A stretch of DNA of 64,000 nt from Eutreptiella sp. 'Long Island Sound 2002' (Eukaryota; Protista; Euglenida): positions 164,114,001 through 164,178,000 of the forward strand of contig OZ038378.1 in NCBI GenBank assembly GCA_964036045.1, written 5' to 3'. The notes beneath the pieces were generated by a model, which was not told where the DNA came from, did not search any database, and saw nothing but the letters and a program-made list of their open reading frames with translations. The translations under genes were made by a program, and so were the position numbers. This document shows, in pieces, positions 13,665 to 27,140 of this stretch (the first letter of the stretch is position 1; the number at the start of each line of letters is the position of its first letter).

Positions 13665-14003
13665 CTGCAGCCGCGACGGCACCGTCATGACCTCCCGCGT
13701 GTCGCCGAGCACCACGCGGCAGGTCTCCGCGGCCTCGGGCACGCCTGCGGGCCACGGCGGGGGCAGCAGCGCGACGCGGAAGCGCAGGCAGCAGAGCAGC
13801 GCGTCGCGCACCGAAGGGAACAGGGCCACCACCGCAAAGCCGCGGTGCGTGACCTCGAAGCCGCCGGCCGCCGCCAGCAGCGGCCGCGCGCGCGCCAAGT
13901 ACTCCGTCAGCGCGGCGGCGGCGACGCCGGGCTCGAGGGCGGAGGCGTTGACGCAGTCAATGTAGACGACGGTGATTTGGGGCACTGCGCCCGGGATCGG
14001 AGC
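13665..14003 (-). CDS. Multi-cyclase-domain gene, exon 7 (domain 9 N-half)
   Basis: Acceptor ccacag|GCT; ITVVYIDC, GGFEV, PPWP; donor CAG|GTCCCC; 339 nt, phase 0-0. Confidence 0.8.
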
Positions 14004-14835
14004 CTGTGGCCAGAGGCAGGGGGCTGCATGGGAGAGAGGGACACAGCCCCCTAGCCTCACCCGGTCCCCCATACGTTTGGGATGGGGCGGGGGATGAAGC
14101 GCCGGATGCTTAGCTAACGTATACCCCCGGGGACACAGGCATACGCGCATCGCTCTTCAGACCAGTACCGAATGTTATCTTGAGTTGTGGTATGGGGCGG
14201 GCGGGGGGTGGGGGGGGTGCCCATGTGCCCGGTCAACCGCGTACGAGTGCTGCTGTTGTTGTCGTCATTATTGTCCTTTCTGCTCCTGCCGCCACCGCTG
14301 CCGCCACCACCGCTGCTGCTACGGTGGCGGTGGCGGTGGCGGTGGCGGTGGCGGTGGTTGTCGTGGCACTGCATCGGCGGGGGCAGTTGCAGCGGCTGCT
14401 GTGGTGCCCAGTCCAGAGGCGGCTTTGTCTGCAGCCGCAGCGGGGGCGGTGCTGCAGTTGTCCAGTGTTCGTGATGTCGCCTCCTCCGATGAGGCAGCCC
14501 CCCCCCCCGCCCCCCCTCTGTCCCGCTGTCTCACGCGGTGGCAGGCTGCTTCCCCCGGGGCCACTGCATCGCAAGGGCACCCGGTGCATTGTGCTCGCAC
14601 TCCTGCGGCCCCGGTGCCCCTCCCTCCCCCTTTTGGGGGGCTCTGTCCGTCCACTTTGCCCCCCCCCCCCGATGAGGCAGTGTACTCGGGAGCGCGCGAC
14701 TCCGAAAAAAACGACAGGGCTCCGCAGGCGCCGAATGACATGCTTCGCAACGGGTCTCACCCGCACAATACGTACCCGATCAGTGCGCCGCACGGGCGTT
14801 GTGCGCGATGTACGTTCAGCCCCCCCCCCCCCCCC

Positions 14836-15425
14836 CCCGTGTGACATTCTGTCGGGGCGCTGCTTCTTCGCGGGGCCCTGGACAGTCACCCGTTCTTCCC
14901 TCCGCGCGCTGCGTCGGGGCGCTGCGTTCTGACGGCCGCTGCAGCCGGTGTCCCTTGCGGTGTCGGTTCCGCGGTAGGAGGGCACTGGGGATTGTGCCGG
15001 TTGTTGTGGGTGTCGTTGTACGCTTTTTGCTTTGCCCTCTCCCCTCCGCACTCAAGTTTCCGCGTGCGTGAGGCCCAAGTGCTCCACCCCCTCCGCGTGT
15101 CGTCCTGGTCGTCCACCACCCGCCTCCCCACGCCGTGCGTGGGGCCCAATTACAGCGCACGGGCAGTGCACGCACCTGCACGGTCTCCGCGGTTGGCGTG
15201 CGCTCCTTTGTGCTTGACGCGGGTGGCGTGTGCACCTGCGCGGTGGCCTGGGTGGTCTGCGCCGCACGGCGGCCGCACCGTGGCCCTTGATGTATGCTCA
15301 GCCCCCCGTGTGACATTCTGTCGCGTTGTTGTTCCTTTACGGGGCCCTGGACAGTCACCCGTTCGTCCCTTCGCATGTTGCGTCGGGTCGCTGCTTTCTG
15401 TCGGCCGCTGCGGCCGGTGCTCCCG
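14836..15425. repeat. Dispersed about 120-bp repeat family R1 (GTGACATTCTGTCG...GGGCCCTGGACAGTCACCCG...), two copies here
   Basis: Copies at about 14836-14960, 15303-15425 and 26192-26312, all intronic and in the same orientation. Confidence 0.85.
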
Positions 15426-15696
15426 CTGGTGTCGTTTCCGCGTTCGCGGAGCCCAGTCGTTGGTGTGCCGGGGCTGTGCTGGATGTGGCGGGATGTGCCG
15501 TTTGCGCGTCAGCGGCGCCCAATAATTGGCGTATTTGGGGTTGTGCTGGTTGTTGCCGGGGTCGTTTGACTGTTTTTGCTGCCCACGCGCCCAAACGAGA
15601 CACCGGTACCTCCCCCTCTCTCTATCACTCTCCAGAGATCCCCACGGCCTCACGGGCACACGGTCTGCAAACCAACGGACGGACGCCCCAACGTAC

Positions 15697-17282
15697 CTCA
15701 GCCACGGCCCGGGCCTCGACCTCCGCCTCCGTCTCCACCGCCGCCGCGGTCGGCAGCTGCTGCTCTGGCGAGGCCAGCGGCGCCGGGGGGTCTGCGGCGC
15801 GGCAGCGGAGGCTGTGCGGGTAGGCGGAGTACAGGGACAGCGCCTGCGGCAGCACGAAAGAGGGGGGCAGCGCGAGGGGCCCGGCGGCGCGCAGCACCGG
15901 GGGCTCGTCCACCTCGAGCTCGGGGTCCACCAACAGGTCGTGCAGCTCTGCACCGTCGAGGGCCGCACGCGCGGCGTCCGTGAGGAGCACGGCGCCGCGC
16001 GGCGCCACGCGGCACAGCACCGCGGCCACATCAACGGCGGGCCCAGCGTAGCGCATGCGGTGCGTCGCGCGCGACAACTGGTAGGCGCAGAGGCCCCAGT
16101 GGAGCCCGACACACGCAGCGAGGCCCCGGAACAGAACGGCTCCGGTGCGCGCGTGCTCCGTGCCGGCGCTGGGGTGCGCCAGCAGCTCCGGGGGCCACGG
16201 GCCCGACAGGAGGTCGAGCTGCAGGTGCAGCGCCGCCCGCAATGCCGCGCGCGCGCAGCCGAAGGCCACAACGAGGCGGGCCCCGTCCGTGGCGGCATCG
16301 CAGACGTACCCGCCGTTGCGCGCCGCATGGCGCCGCACCGCGTGCGCGTAGCCCGCGAGGGCCGCGGCCAGGGCCGGGGCCGGCAGCGCGAGCTTGCCCT
16401 CTTGGAGCCGCGCCAGGCCCTCCACGGACGCGACGACAATGGCGCAGGGCTGCGCCGGGTCGGGGGGCAGGACCGGCGCACGCGCGCGCCACCAGCCCGG
16501 CGGTGGGAAGCGCGCACGCTGCAGAACGTCGGCGGGGTCCAGCAGGGGCTGCGAGGCCCGGCAGGTGCGGCCCTCCAGCCCGACCGGCCACACGGAGCTG
16601 ATCTGCTCCTGCGTCACGAAGTCCAGCGGCGCCGCACCCCAGACCCCGAGCCGCAGGTGGTCGGTCGCGATAGCAGTGCTCTGGTTGAGCACGTGTGCAG
16701 CCGTCGCGACCGCAGCGGCCGCGGCCTCCGCCACAAGCGTCGAGCCGCCGGGCGCGAGCTGCGCCAAGCGGTATGCCGCCTCCGCCTCCGGCCCGGCGAC
16801 GCCGTAGCCCGCAGCGTCGGGGGCCCAGTCCACGTGCAGGCCCCGTGCGGCATAGATCGCGAGTGCGACGCGGAGCCCCCGAAACAGCGGCTGCCCCGGC
16901 GTGGCCATGTCCTGCACGACGACACCCGCCTGCTCGACGGACAGCAGCGCCGACGGCCACGCGGCGCCGAGGAGCTGCTGCTGCAGCGCGACGGCCGCCG
17001 CGACGGCCGCGCGCGCGCTCTCGAAAATGGCGGCGAACCAGTGGCCGGCGTCCCAGGCAATGGGGTACCCGCAGTGCTCGGCCAGGGCCATCTGTGCAAC
17101 GCTCTGGTACAGCTGCAGGCTCTGCTGCCACACGGTGTCGTTCAGGCCGAGGGCGATGCGGATGTTGGAGGCCTCGGGGACGTGTCCAAAGAGGAGGAAG
17201 CGCTGCCCCGGTAGTACGCACGGGGCGTGCAAAGGGCCGCCAGGGGGCAATAGCAGGTCCTCAAGCCACGCTGACGGCGGCT
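15697..17282 (-). CDS. Multi-cyclase-domain gene, exon 6 (domains 7 and 8)
   Basis: ORF 15625-17250 with LFRGLRVAL, APGGSTLV, GGYV, LFRGLAACVG, APRGAVLL; acceptor cacacag|AG; donor GAG|GTACGT. Confidence 0.85.
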
Positions 17283-17639
17283 CTGTGTGCAGGGAATAGG
17301 GCAGGTGGGAGGGGGGGGGGATGCCATCAAGGCTGAACGGGTGTGCCGGTTGGTGGCGCTGGGTGTGCGTATGTGTTCGCTTTTTGAGGAGGGGGTCCTC
17401 AACTCACGGCTCGGTGGTTGGTTGCCCACCCATTGGATTGGCAGGGGGGGGGGGGGACGCAGGGAGTGCTTGACGGAGGGCAGCCTAACAGGAGGAGGCG
17501 TACAGGCCAAACATCGAAACCGCATTGCCTGGGCATTGCACAATCACATCCGACGTGACGCGGGCGGTACTCCGAGTGAGAGGTACAGAAGCGCAAATAA
17601 AGAGCTGGCACGAATGCACTGCACATGCAAACTCGGCTG

Positions 17640-17862
17640 TCCGCCAAGCCGACATGCCCGCCGAGCCGACATAACCGCTGATGAGCCGACGTAACCGCCG
17701 AGCCGACGTAGCTGCTGAGCCGACGTGACCATCGAGCCGACATAACCGCCGAGCCGACATGACCGCCAAGCCGATGTAACCGCCAAGCCGACATAACCGC
17801 CAAGCCGACATGACCGCCAAGCCGATGTAACCGCCAAGCCGACATAACCGCCAAGCCGATGT
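17640..17862. repeat. 17-bp minisatellite (ACCGCCAAGCCGACATA and variants), about 13 copies
   Basis: Tandem periodicity; 17-aa periodic translation LGGHVGLAVMSAWRLHR. Confidence 0.9.
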
Positions 17863-18406
17863 GCCCGCCAAGCTGTGCCAAGCCAAGCCAAGTTTCCAAG
17901 GCCGATATGTTGTGCGCTCCCAGGTCAGGCGTTCCCACGAGCCAGTACTGCAGGCCAGAGAGAGGGCCTGCAGGCTGCCAGGTCCCACTGCTTGGGTCCA
18001 GTGCACTTGGTGGGCACATGCACCCGGTGCGCCCAACAAGGGCACATCCGACACCCCAACCAGTGGATGAGCTGCAGCACATGTGGCACACCGTATGCGG
18101 CATGGCCCGCTGCTCAGGGGGGGTGCGCTGGCGGGCAAGTGTGGGTGCCCCTCGCCTTTGCGGAGTGGGGGCGCTCTTGGCACCATTGAGGCGTGTGTCG
18201 AGTGCCTGCGGGGGATGTGTTGTGCTTCCAACTCCACCGTGGCCAAGTTTGTCCTCAGGGTGTCTGGCGTTCACCCCTTTGCACATGCACAGGCGCAGGC
18301 ACAGGCACACAGGCAGATGCCCATGGGGTATCGGAGGGGGATGTGAGCAAGCTGCCTGGTCCTTGTTTCCATGTCCCCCACCAAACATGCACAAACAGAT
18401 CCACAC

Positions 18407-19829
18407 CAGGGCGCTGGTGTGCGGGTGGCCCCGTGTGCGGGACGTGCGCATCCACAACCCTCAGACACTGCGCCGGCAGACTGCGCAGACTGAGCGGGTG
18501 CACCAGCCACACCGCCGCCTGCTCCAGCTCACAGTCGCAGCCCTGCGCTGCAAAACCCGCGATGCGGTTGTCGTCGCATGCCGCCGCATCCCAATCCGCC
18601 GCGCGCACCCACACCCCGTGCCCGCGCGCTGCCGCGCACAGCGCTGCGGCGTGCGCCAGCGCGTCACCGACGTACTGTGGCCGCCCGCCCGCGGCGGCGG
18701 CGACGCGCGCCGGCCCAGCCGCGCAGCCGAAGCGCAGGCGCAGGGGGGCCACGTCCGGCGGGTGCAGGTGATGGAGCGCCGCGAGCTCCGTCGCGAGCCC
18801 GACGCAGAAGCGGAGCGCCGCGTCCACCGCCTCGAACGCCGCGACGCAGCCCCCTCCGGCACCGTCCACGTCGGTCAGCAGCCCCCCGCAGTCGTGGGCC
18901 CGCACGGCGATAAGGCTGAGGAGGGCCGTGGCGGGGGGGGCGGGGGCGGGGCCGAGGGCTTGCATCACGACGAAGGTGACGGCGCCGGGATGGAGGCGGG
19001 GGGAATGTGGCAGCAGCAGCGCCTGCAGGAGGTGAGTGGAGCCCGGGGACACCGGCACCGGATACCGGGAGGGCTCCGGAGGTGCGGCGACGGCCGCGGC
19101 GGTGAGCCCAGCGCCGGGCTTCCCCATGGCGGCGCGCCAGCAGTGCACCGCCGGGGCGCAGCTGTAGACCTTCAGGGGCCCGAGTTCATGGAACGCGCAG
19201 TCCGGGACGGGGCCAGGCAGCGGCCCCTTTGCCTCCTGCGCGAACTGCGCGTGCGCGTCGGCGGAGAGGGTGATGCCGCCGCGGAGGCAGAGCGCCGCCG
19301 CGCGCTCCGGCGCCGCACCCGCGTAGCCCAGGCGGCGCTGGAGCGGGTGGTAGCGGAGGGCGGCGGCACCGGTGTCAAGGCCCATGTGCATCGCGAACGG
19401 GGGCTTCAGGGGCTCGGCCGCGGCGGCGGCGGACGTGGGGGTCGGGGGCGCGGGGATTGGGCCGTCGGAGGGGGCGGTCGCGTGCGCAGGGGCTGCGGCG
19501 GCGGCGGCAATGGCCCGAGTGAAGGGAAAGTCGGGCTTTGTGGGCGGGGGATCGGACGTGGGGGTCTGCGGGCCCGACACGAGCAGGTCCAGGGCGTCGG
19601 TCCACGACGTCATGACGCCGTCCGGGCCGCGCACCACCGAGTCAATATCGAGGGTCTCGGGGTCGAGGGGGGGCCACGGGGCCCCCGCGAGGCCGTGGGT
19701 GACGGCGGCGCAGAAGTGCATCGCCTGCACTGCGGAGGCGAAGGCGTACAGCCCCCCGTGCGCCGTGGCCGCGGCCTCGTAGCCGGTGCACTCGGCGGCG
19801 GCGCGCCGCAGGATCCCCGTCACGAGGGC
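18407..19829 (-). CDS. Multi-cyclase-domain gene, exon 5 (domains 5 and 6)
   Basis: Acceptor cttcccag|GCC gives KYDVQ-ALVTGILRR...GYE; FAMHMGL, GAVTFVV, PLRLRFG. The 3' boundary (CCTG|GTGTGG) is the best phase-1 donor but is less certain. Confidence 0.8.
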
Positions 19830-20452
19830 CTGGGAAGTGGAAGGGGCAGGGCAGGGGGGCGGGGGAGGGGGGGGCGACAGGAACGACCTCGTACCGTCCA
19901 CCACGTAAAAGGGGTGCCTGGTGCCCACCCCGTCCGTATCAGGCTTTGTTTATCAGAGGCAGGGGGGTCTTTCTGCCCTGGGACCCACCCACCCAAAGAA
20001 AATCTTGACCCAAAATTTGGCCGAGGGAAAATCAAGTTTGAATAAGCGGCCCCTTCGCGGGACCTACCCAGACCCCCACCCCCCTGACGTATTAATTCCT
20101 GAAAAACAAAGCCTGGTCCGCATCCCGTTTCCATGCCTAGGGCAGCGGGCCACGGTGGATCCCATGGCTCGCCCAGGGGCTCGCATGTGGGACAACTACG
20201 TCTCCCACACCCGGCGCTAGCCCCAAGGGTGTGGTGCATGTGGATATCCGGACGCTGACTTATTGAACACCAAACCTTTTTGTTAAACGGAAACCCGCTA
20301 AGATTATCCCAAACCGGATTGACAGCGCGGAGGAACAACCGCGACAGGTGGGCGTCAACGAACGGGGGAAACGCAGCAAAATCCGCAGTGTGAGAGATGC
20401 AAGAGGTTCTCACACACACGCGCGCGCATGCACAACCGCACGCCTGCATGTG

Positions 20453-20489
<37 letters not shown>

Positions 20490-21891
20490 GAGCAACTTGC
20501 GCACTTGTTGAAGTCCTAAATACACACACGCACGCACGCATGCACTTCGTCAGGGCAACCAAGCAACCACCGACCCAGAAACCAGTGTGGAAGATACGTG
20601 GCACAACAGGGCAGCGGGTCACAGGGCACCGGTCATTTAGAACGATGAAGTTGTCATGAGGCCAGGCGCCTTTCCAAAAAAAAAAAACAGACACTCAGAA
20701 ACAAAACACACACACACACACACAGACACATAGGATGTGACAAACAGGCACAGAGAAGGCCCAGTGTGGATGATACGGAGCACAGCGGGGCAGGGCCACG
20801 GAGCAAATGCCTCCAAACACCTCGTCAAGCCAATCCAAACAAAGACAGAAACATTGTTCGAGGCCAGGCGCCTTTCTGCAGTAGAGCAATGTTGGTGCTG
20901 TCCCGCCCTCACATCAGTGGGAGACGAGGTCACCAGCACGCACGGCGTTCCTTGTGGTTTCCCTATGGCATTCGGTTGGTCATACCCCCTGGGGCGTACT
21001 GCGTGCCACGGTTGTGTATGCACCACACAGACACATGCATGTGACGACGACATTTCACACCCTGAGGTGATGGCATGATTGGGACCTATTTGCTCTACAG
21101 ATGCGCGGTAATTTGATGCAACGGGAGGAGGAGGAGGAGGAGGAGGAGATGCGGTCCCCCGGTAGGGCGCACCCGCCGCACAACCCCGTGGTGCCCGCCG
21201 GCCCTCTCTGGTCTGACCGCGACCGAGAGGGGGGTCTCTGTCCCGACCCGTCCGGCTAAGCATCATGGCGAAGGCTCTCCTCTTCGTCTCCTCCCCATGG
21301 TCCCCTGGCCCCGCAACGTGCACGCACCCCCGCCCTACACGCTACCAGTACCCCCAGGGGCTCGGATCAGGGGGCGAGGCGGAGCGCCGGCTCCACTTCC
21401 AGCACGTCACGCCACCCCCCTTCGGGGCGAGGGACACAGTCTCACGGGTGTGGGCCCTTAGCCCGCCAGGTACTACCGACTGGGCGGCGTTTGGCCGGCA
21501 GGTCACGGGGGCTTGGTCCGTAGCCTAATCCCCCCCCCCCCCGGCCGCACAGCACTCCTACCGGAGGTGTCCGTGCGCGGACCAAGACACACTCTCCCCA
21601 GGCACCTTTCCCACCGGGATCGCATGTGAGCTCGAGTATGCATGGATAGCCACCGCTGTTTTCAAGGGTTCCCAGTCGTTTGACCGTGCCTCTGTAGTTC
21701 CGTATGGTGACAATCGTGCTGGGAGTTCCCAAGCTGCTGTAGTGTGTCCCCTTCCAGTAGGCGTTGTCTAGCAACCATCGCAGCACAAAGTGTATAGCAC
21801 AGCATTTTAGCATGGGGAGGCAGCCTACGACGGAATATAGGTACTGCACTCTGCGAACCGCTTCATAGGGGCTCGTAGACAGGCACAGTTT

Positions 21892-21967
<76 letters not shown>

Positions 21968-22897
21968 TCAACGCGACAAACAAGGCACTGCAAAAAGTGG
22001 CCTGAGTGTACTAGATCTCGTCGGGTGCAAAGCAGAACAAAAACAAAAGCATGTCCACCTACACTAGGCGCCTTTGTGCAAGGTAAAGACAAGAGCATTG
22101 GGGGAGGTACGCGCACCGCGCGCACCACGCATCGCACCGCGCGTGTTCTTTCCATCATAGTCTCGAAAAGTTTTAGTGATTTTTTAGGCTGTCAAGGACG
22201 CGGTGGCCTAAGGGGTAAGCATACAACAACGGAGGCCTCCACTCCATCCTCCTCACCAATTGCATGGTGGTTGTAGCCGCCCACACCCCCTGACGGAGGG
22301 GGCCGTTGGTTGATGATGAAAGGAGAAGGATTTGCTCTCTAGCACAGACCAACACCATTCCACAAAGTAGTTGTATCAATTCATTTGTCTACTCCTCGTT
22401 GCGCCTTCTGATTTGCACGGTGTGGAGGCATCGAAGAAAATAGAACAAAAAAATGGGGAACACTTTCTAGGAGAGAAAACAGTGGCATGAAACAACAAGC
22501 AACAATTACTACTTGGCACACACTGCAAATAATGCACACACACCTGCCCCCTCGCCCTACGTGCGCTTCCGCAGAAAACATTTGTGCCTTTGATTGTGGC
22601 TTGTGGCTTTCCCTACAGGGGAGGGGTTGAGGCACCCGTGGCTATTGTCCACCATCGCGACGGCCATCGCAACCTGGCTTGGCGCCCTATCCCGCAGCCA
22701 CGGCAGACGGGCTCACTGGAGGGGGGGTGCAACAGGGCCGGTGAGGTGCTAAGAAAAAGCACAAGGGGGAATTATGGGGAAAGAGTCAGCCGCACTACCC
22801 AAAAGACCGCGCACCGCGCGCACCGCGCGCCGTACCTCCCCCATTGTTCCCACGTCCTCCTCCCAGATGGCGGGTACAGCCTCTGGTAGTGCAGCTC

Positions 22898-22942
<45 letters not shown>

Positions 22943-23001
22943 GAGAACCGCGAGACAAGAACAAAGCAAGAAAAGCAGTGGAAAGAAAACTCCTCAACAA
23001 C

Positions 23002-23035
<34 letters not shown>

Positions 23036-23490
23036 GTGAAGGGGATCATAGAGCCGAACTGAACACACACACACACACACACAATTGACACACGGTTTGA
23101 TTGCATCCACACCACTTCAATCCGATTCTGTACCAAAAGATCTTCCGTTGGTGTGGCCCCCAGCCCATCTTTCAATGATTCTTGCCACTGCCACTTTGCT
23201 GCCGCCAACGTCAGCCATGACCGGCGCTAGTCAGCACAACACAAACGGATTCCCGAGTGTATACGACGACGAACCAATAGGGATTTTGTGGGATCCGGGT
23301 CAAGCTTTACGCATCCGTTTGTGTGGGCTCTATGGACATTCCCTTCGTTGTGTGCCCTCCACCTCCGTTGCCCTTGCCACTGCCACGTGCCACATACAAA
23401 CAGGCATCGACAGTGGCATTGGAAATGATCCTATGAGCCCTAAAGCCCTCAGCACTTCCCGGGGGGGGGGGGGGCTGTAGACAATCAAAC

Positions 23491-24700
23491 CTACCAGGTG
23501 ACCACCCAAGTTCGCAGTCCGATCCAATTTCTCAAGCCAATTCTGGCTGAAAACCCCATCGTCGCACTGCACACTTGAGTCGATGGAGAGGTGGATTTTG
23601 ATGTATTTAACAGTTCACAAAGTTTCAGCTCTGGATCTTCAGCAAACTTGGAGAAATCGGCTTCGCAACGTGTTCCCGGGATTGCAGCGAGTTCTCGGAA
23701 ATTTCTTGGAAAGTAACTGTACAACGAGGTTTCCGACCGACTGACTCGATTTGTAGAAATATAGTTGACGGCAGACAATTGATCGAGTGCATGAGATCCG
23801 ATACGCTTGTGCATGATTTCCTTGTCATTCTTTTCTTGCATATACGGCACACACCAAGGGCACGATCACGTCGTGCTCTTATCTTGGCATGGATTCGGTG
23901 TACCCGCCTTACCCATCTGAGGAGCTATTTGCATTCACTGTGGGATTTGCCTTAGGAAAGACAAGGCGTTGTGGCACTACAAACGGGGGTTGTTGTGTGT
24001 TTCCTCTTGTCTTCCGTGTACGAGATGAAAACTGATTTTACGTTCACGTCATTGAAAGTGCCTTTTATCTTGGGGGAGTACTCTAGAACAGTTTCTTCAG
24101 GCGCAAGAACACATGCCTTTGTCACTGCACCCAACTCACCAAAATTAAGGCCATAAGAACTTGGTTCATCCAGGATTTCTAAGAGGATTATTCTCCACGT
24201 GTTGTCTTCTAGCAAGTCCTCACCAGTACTTGGCTCTCGATCTGTAGTTCCCATTTGAAATGTTTGCTCCCTCTCCTTCAGCCAGTGCCGCGCCCAACGT
24301 GTGGATATTGGTGGAAGCCCATGCTGGGGCACCACGGGTCGCATTTTATCAAGAATGGTACGCGCAAGAGTAATCACCGTTTCTCTGTTGAAGGGGATGC
24401 CATCCTCTGGATGGGTATCGCAGTACCGTTGAAGCTCCTTTTTCTCATCATCCTTCAAAAAGCTGGGACGACCAATGGACTTTGATGCTGACTCTCTAGC
24501 TGCAATCTTTTACCCCCACAGGTGGATGCTTGTTTGAGGAGGATATGGAGTACCATGATGTAGCTTGATGCTTTTCATGCCCCCCTTGAGGTAAATGTTC
24601 ACTGCCTCAGCATGCTCATCGTCTCCCCACTTTAACTAGGGCTGCAGTTCAGGGGTCCCGCTTTTCTTTTTTGCGGTCTTTTTTCTTCAGCCCTTGTACA
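23491..24700 (-). pseudogene. Decayed pogo/Fot1-like (Tc1-mariner-pogo) transposase in intron 4
   Basis: SIGRPSF.KDDEKKELQRYC...GIPF...LARTIL...PISTRWARHWLKER resembles the psq/Tc5 HTH linker and CENP-B-type HTH; downstream frames are broken. Confidence 0.5.
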
Positions 24701-25442
24701 GCAGCATGCAAGTCAGTTTGTATCTGGTCTGATGTGACCGCAGACTTGGGAACAAGAAATCGTTGCATGCTGTGAATCTGTATCAAAGACAGGTAACCGA
24801 TGTGCTGAGGCTGTGGAACTTAACAAATGCTGAAAAAATAGGTGCTTCAACAGTACTACAACTCCCTCTTACCAGCGATGGCCGTTGCACCGCCTGTTGC
24901 TGAAAAAATCTGTAATCTGGTGTACCCCAGCATGAGCTTGTAACATGATGGGGGAGATGGTTGTCCTGCAAATTCTCTAGTGTGGGACAACAACAGCATG
25001 CCATCCTTCAAAGAGAAACATAGAGCACTTGCTGCACAGTGCGCTCCATGAGGATCATGCAGAATAATGTAACATGCAAACAAATTGCGCAAAAAAAAGT
25101 CGGGGAAATTTTGGTCACTAGAATGGAGAAATTTGGTGCGGGCAAAATTTGGCACAAATTCTTAAATTCCATGGCGAAATTTGGTACAATTTTGTTGTGC
25201 CAAATTTCAAAAATCCAAATGTCGCCTGTTCCAAATCCCCCCCCCCAGCACATACTCCTCAGCACTTGTCCAATCTGCGGGCCCTGGTTGCTGCTGTAGA
25301 TGGCCCAGAAAATCCAGTCAAGTCCGGGCGCTCGAGTTCCAGACCGGTTCGACTTCTCACCAGAGACCTGCGATTTCAGGGCGGTCACACAGCGTGGCGC
25401 GGTTCCCAGTCCTTGTGGGGGCCCTGCACGGGGGGCACAGAC

Positions 25443-25903
25443 CTGGACGTCGTACTTGAAACGGGCCGGGTACAGCATGGCCCTGGAGGCAAACTCGACC
25501 ATGGAGCAGGCCACGAACGTCACACGACCCTCAGGAGGCGCACTGCGCACGGCCGCCAGCGCCGTCAGCAGCGGGGCCTCGCGGTACCGCTCAACGCACG
25601 CCCGCACGTCGTCCCCGTAGTACTCGTCCCTCCGGCGGGACCGCGTGCACACGGCGGTCTGCACGAACGTGTCCGGGTGCTCACGGGCTTTGAGGGGCGC
25701 GGGGGTGAGCGCGTGCCACTGGTCCGCCTTCCGGGGGCCGTGCACGGGGGAGGTCAGGACCACATCGTGGCCCGCGCTGTGGGCGTTGAGGCCCGCGGCC
25801 TCCGCAGTGTAGAGCAGGTGATGACGGCAGGCGTCGTCCGCCAGGAGCGTGGTCAGGCGGTCGCGCACCTCTGCGTGCGCTCTCTCGTGCACCAGGCACT
25901 CCC
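25443..25903 (-). CDS. Multi-cyclase-domain gene, exon 4
   Basis: Acceptor cccgcag|GG, phase 1, gives ARQ-G-ECLV; GRVTFVACS; donor CAG|GTCTGT. Confidence 0.8.
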
Positions 25904-26326
25904 CTGCGGGGGACGGTGAAGGGAGCGCAGCTACACGGGGGGTGCACGGCGGCCGCGTGCCGTTGGAGGAGAGGCAGCGCCGGGCCATCGCGCCCCGCCC
26001 TGTGCACGGGTCCACCCCCATCCCCTGGGCCGCTGCCATCCCCTCGCCCACGCCCACCGGCCCTACCGCATCCACCCGCTGCATCCCCGACAAGTACCAC
26101 CCCGACCCCCCACACCAGACCCTCGGTATCCGCCCCCGGCACCCGCCACGATTCTTGGCATCGGCTGCCTCGGCTGCTGCCGGTCCAAACCCCCCGTGTG
26201 ACAGTCCGTCGGGTTGTTGCTCCTTTACGGGGCCCTGGACAGTCACCCGGTCTTCCCTTCGCATGTTGCGCCGGGGCGCTGCTTTCTGTCGGCCGCTGCG
26301 GCCGGTGCTCCTGCCCCGGGGCACAC

Positions 26327-27140
26327 CTTGTCTCGCGTGCTGCAGGAGGTAGTCCACGTAGTGCACTCCGGGCCCCGTGTAGCGCATGCGCTGGCCCTCC
26401 GGGTCCCACTCGGCCGCCGTCACGTCGCACTTGTCGATCGCGGCGCTGGCCCGCAGCCCGCGCCACAGCAGCGCGCTGCCCAGTTTGTGCGCCTCCGCGT
26501 CGGCCCCCCCGTCCCGGAGCAACGCCGGGGGCCAGTGCTGGTGCAGCAACAGGAGCTGCAGCCGCATGGCAAACCGCACGGCCGCGGCGCCGTCGGGGAA
26601 GGCCGCGTGCACCACGGCCCCGGCCTGGCGGAGCTCGTACCCGGCGAACACGGCCAGCAGCCGCCGCACCGTCGTCAGGTACGTCGCGAGGGCCCCCTGC
26701 CACGCCCCCGGCGCGGCCGCGAGCCGCGCCTCGACCACCGCCGCGTTCGCCACCGCGACGGCCGCGAGGACGACGGTGGGGCCCGGGGGCGCCTGCGCGC
26801 GGCCGCGAGCGGGCGCGAGCATCGGGTGCCGGGCGAGGGTGAGGGCCGCGCCGTGGGGCTGCAAGGCACTGGAGGTGGTGGGGAGGGGGCAGGGCCCCGG
26901 GGGTGGGGGGAAGGTGCGGCCGCTGAGGGACAGGAGGGTGACCGCGAGGAGGGGGCACCGCCCCCCGGGGCCCAGGTCGACGTGCCCCGCAGGGGCGGTG
27001 CGGAGGGCGTCCCACTCCCGGAGGGCGGTGGAGTGCAGGTCCCCCGGGGCGAAGGCTCGGACGTGGTCGAGGTAGGGGTCGAGGAGCGGCTGCAGGGCCC
27101 GGGGGAGCAGCACTTGCCCCGGGTGCGCCGCCCCCATGAC
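26327..27140 (-). CDS. Multi-cyclase-domain gene, exon 3 (domain 4)
   Basis: Acceptor ccgccag|GTC gives SAAQ-VMGAAHPGQVLL; AGYEL, FAMRLQLLLL, LWRGLRASA; donor AAG|GTGTGC. Confidence 0.85.

Noticed and set aside
17283-18473. Possible euglenid non-conventional intron (GCGCAG...CTGCACACA)
   Set aside because: A conventional GT-AG solution (18406 to 17283) keeps the frame, and the CAG/CTG spacing is off by one.
4306-20045. Long plus-strand ORFs (4306-5664, 15526-17214, 17859-20045) and alternative-frame Arg/Ala/Pro-rich ORFs
   Set aside because: They are shadows of GC-rich minus-strand exons and carry no recognisable motifs of their own.
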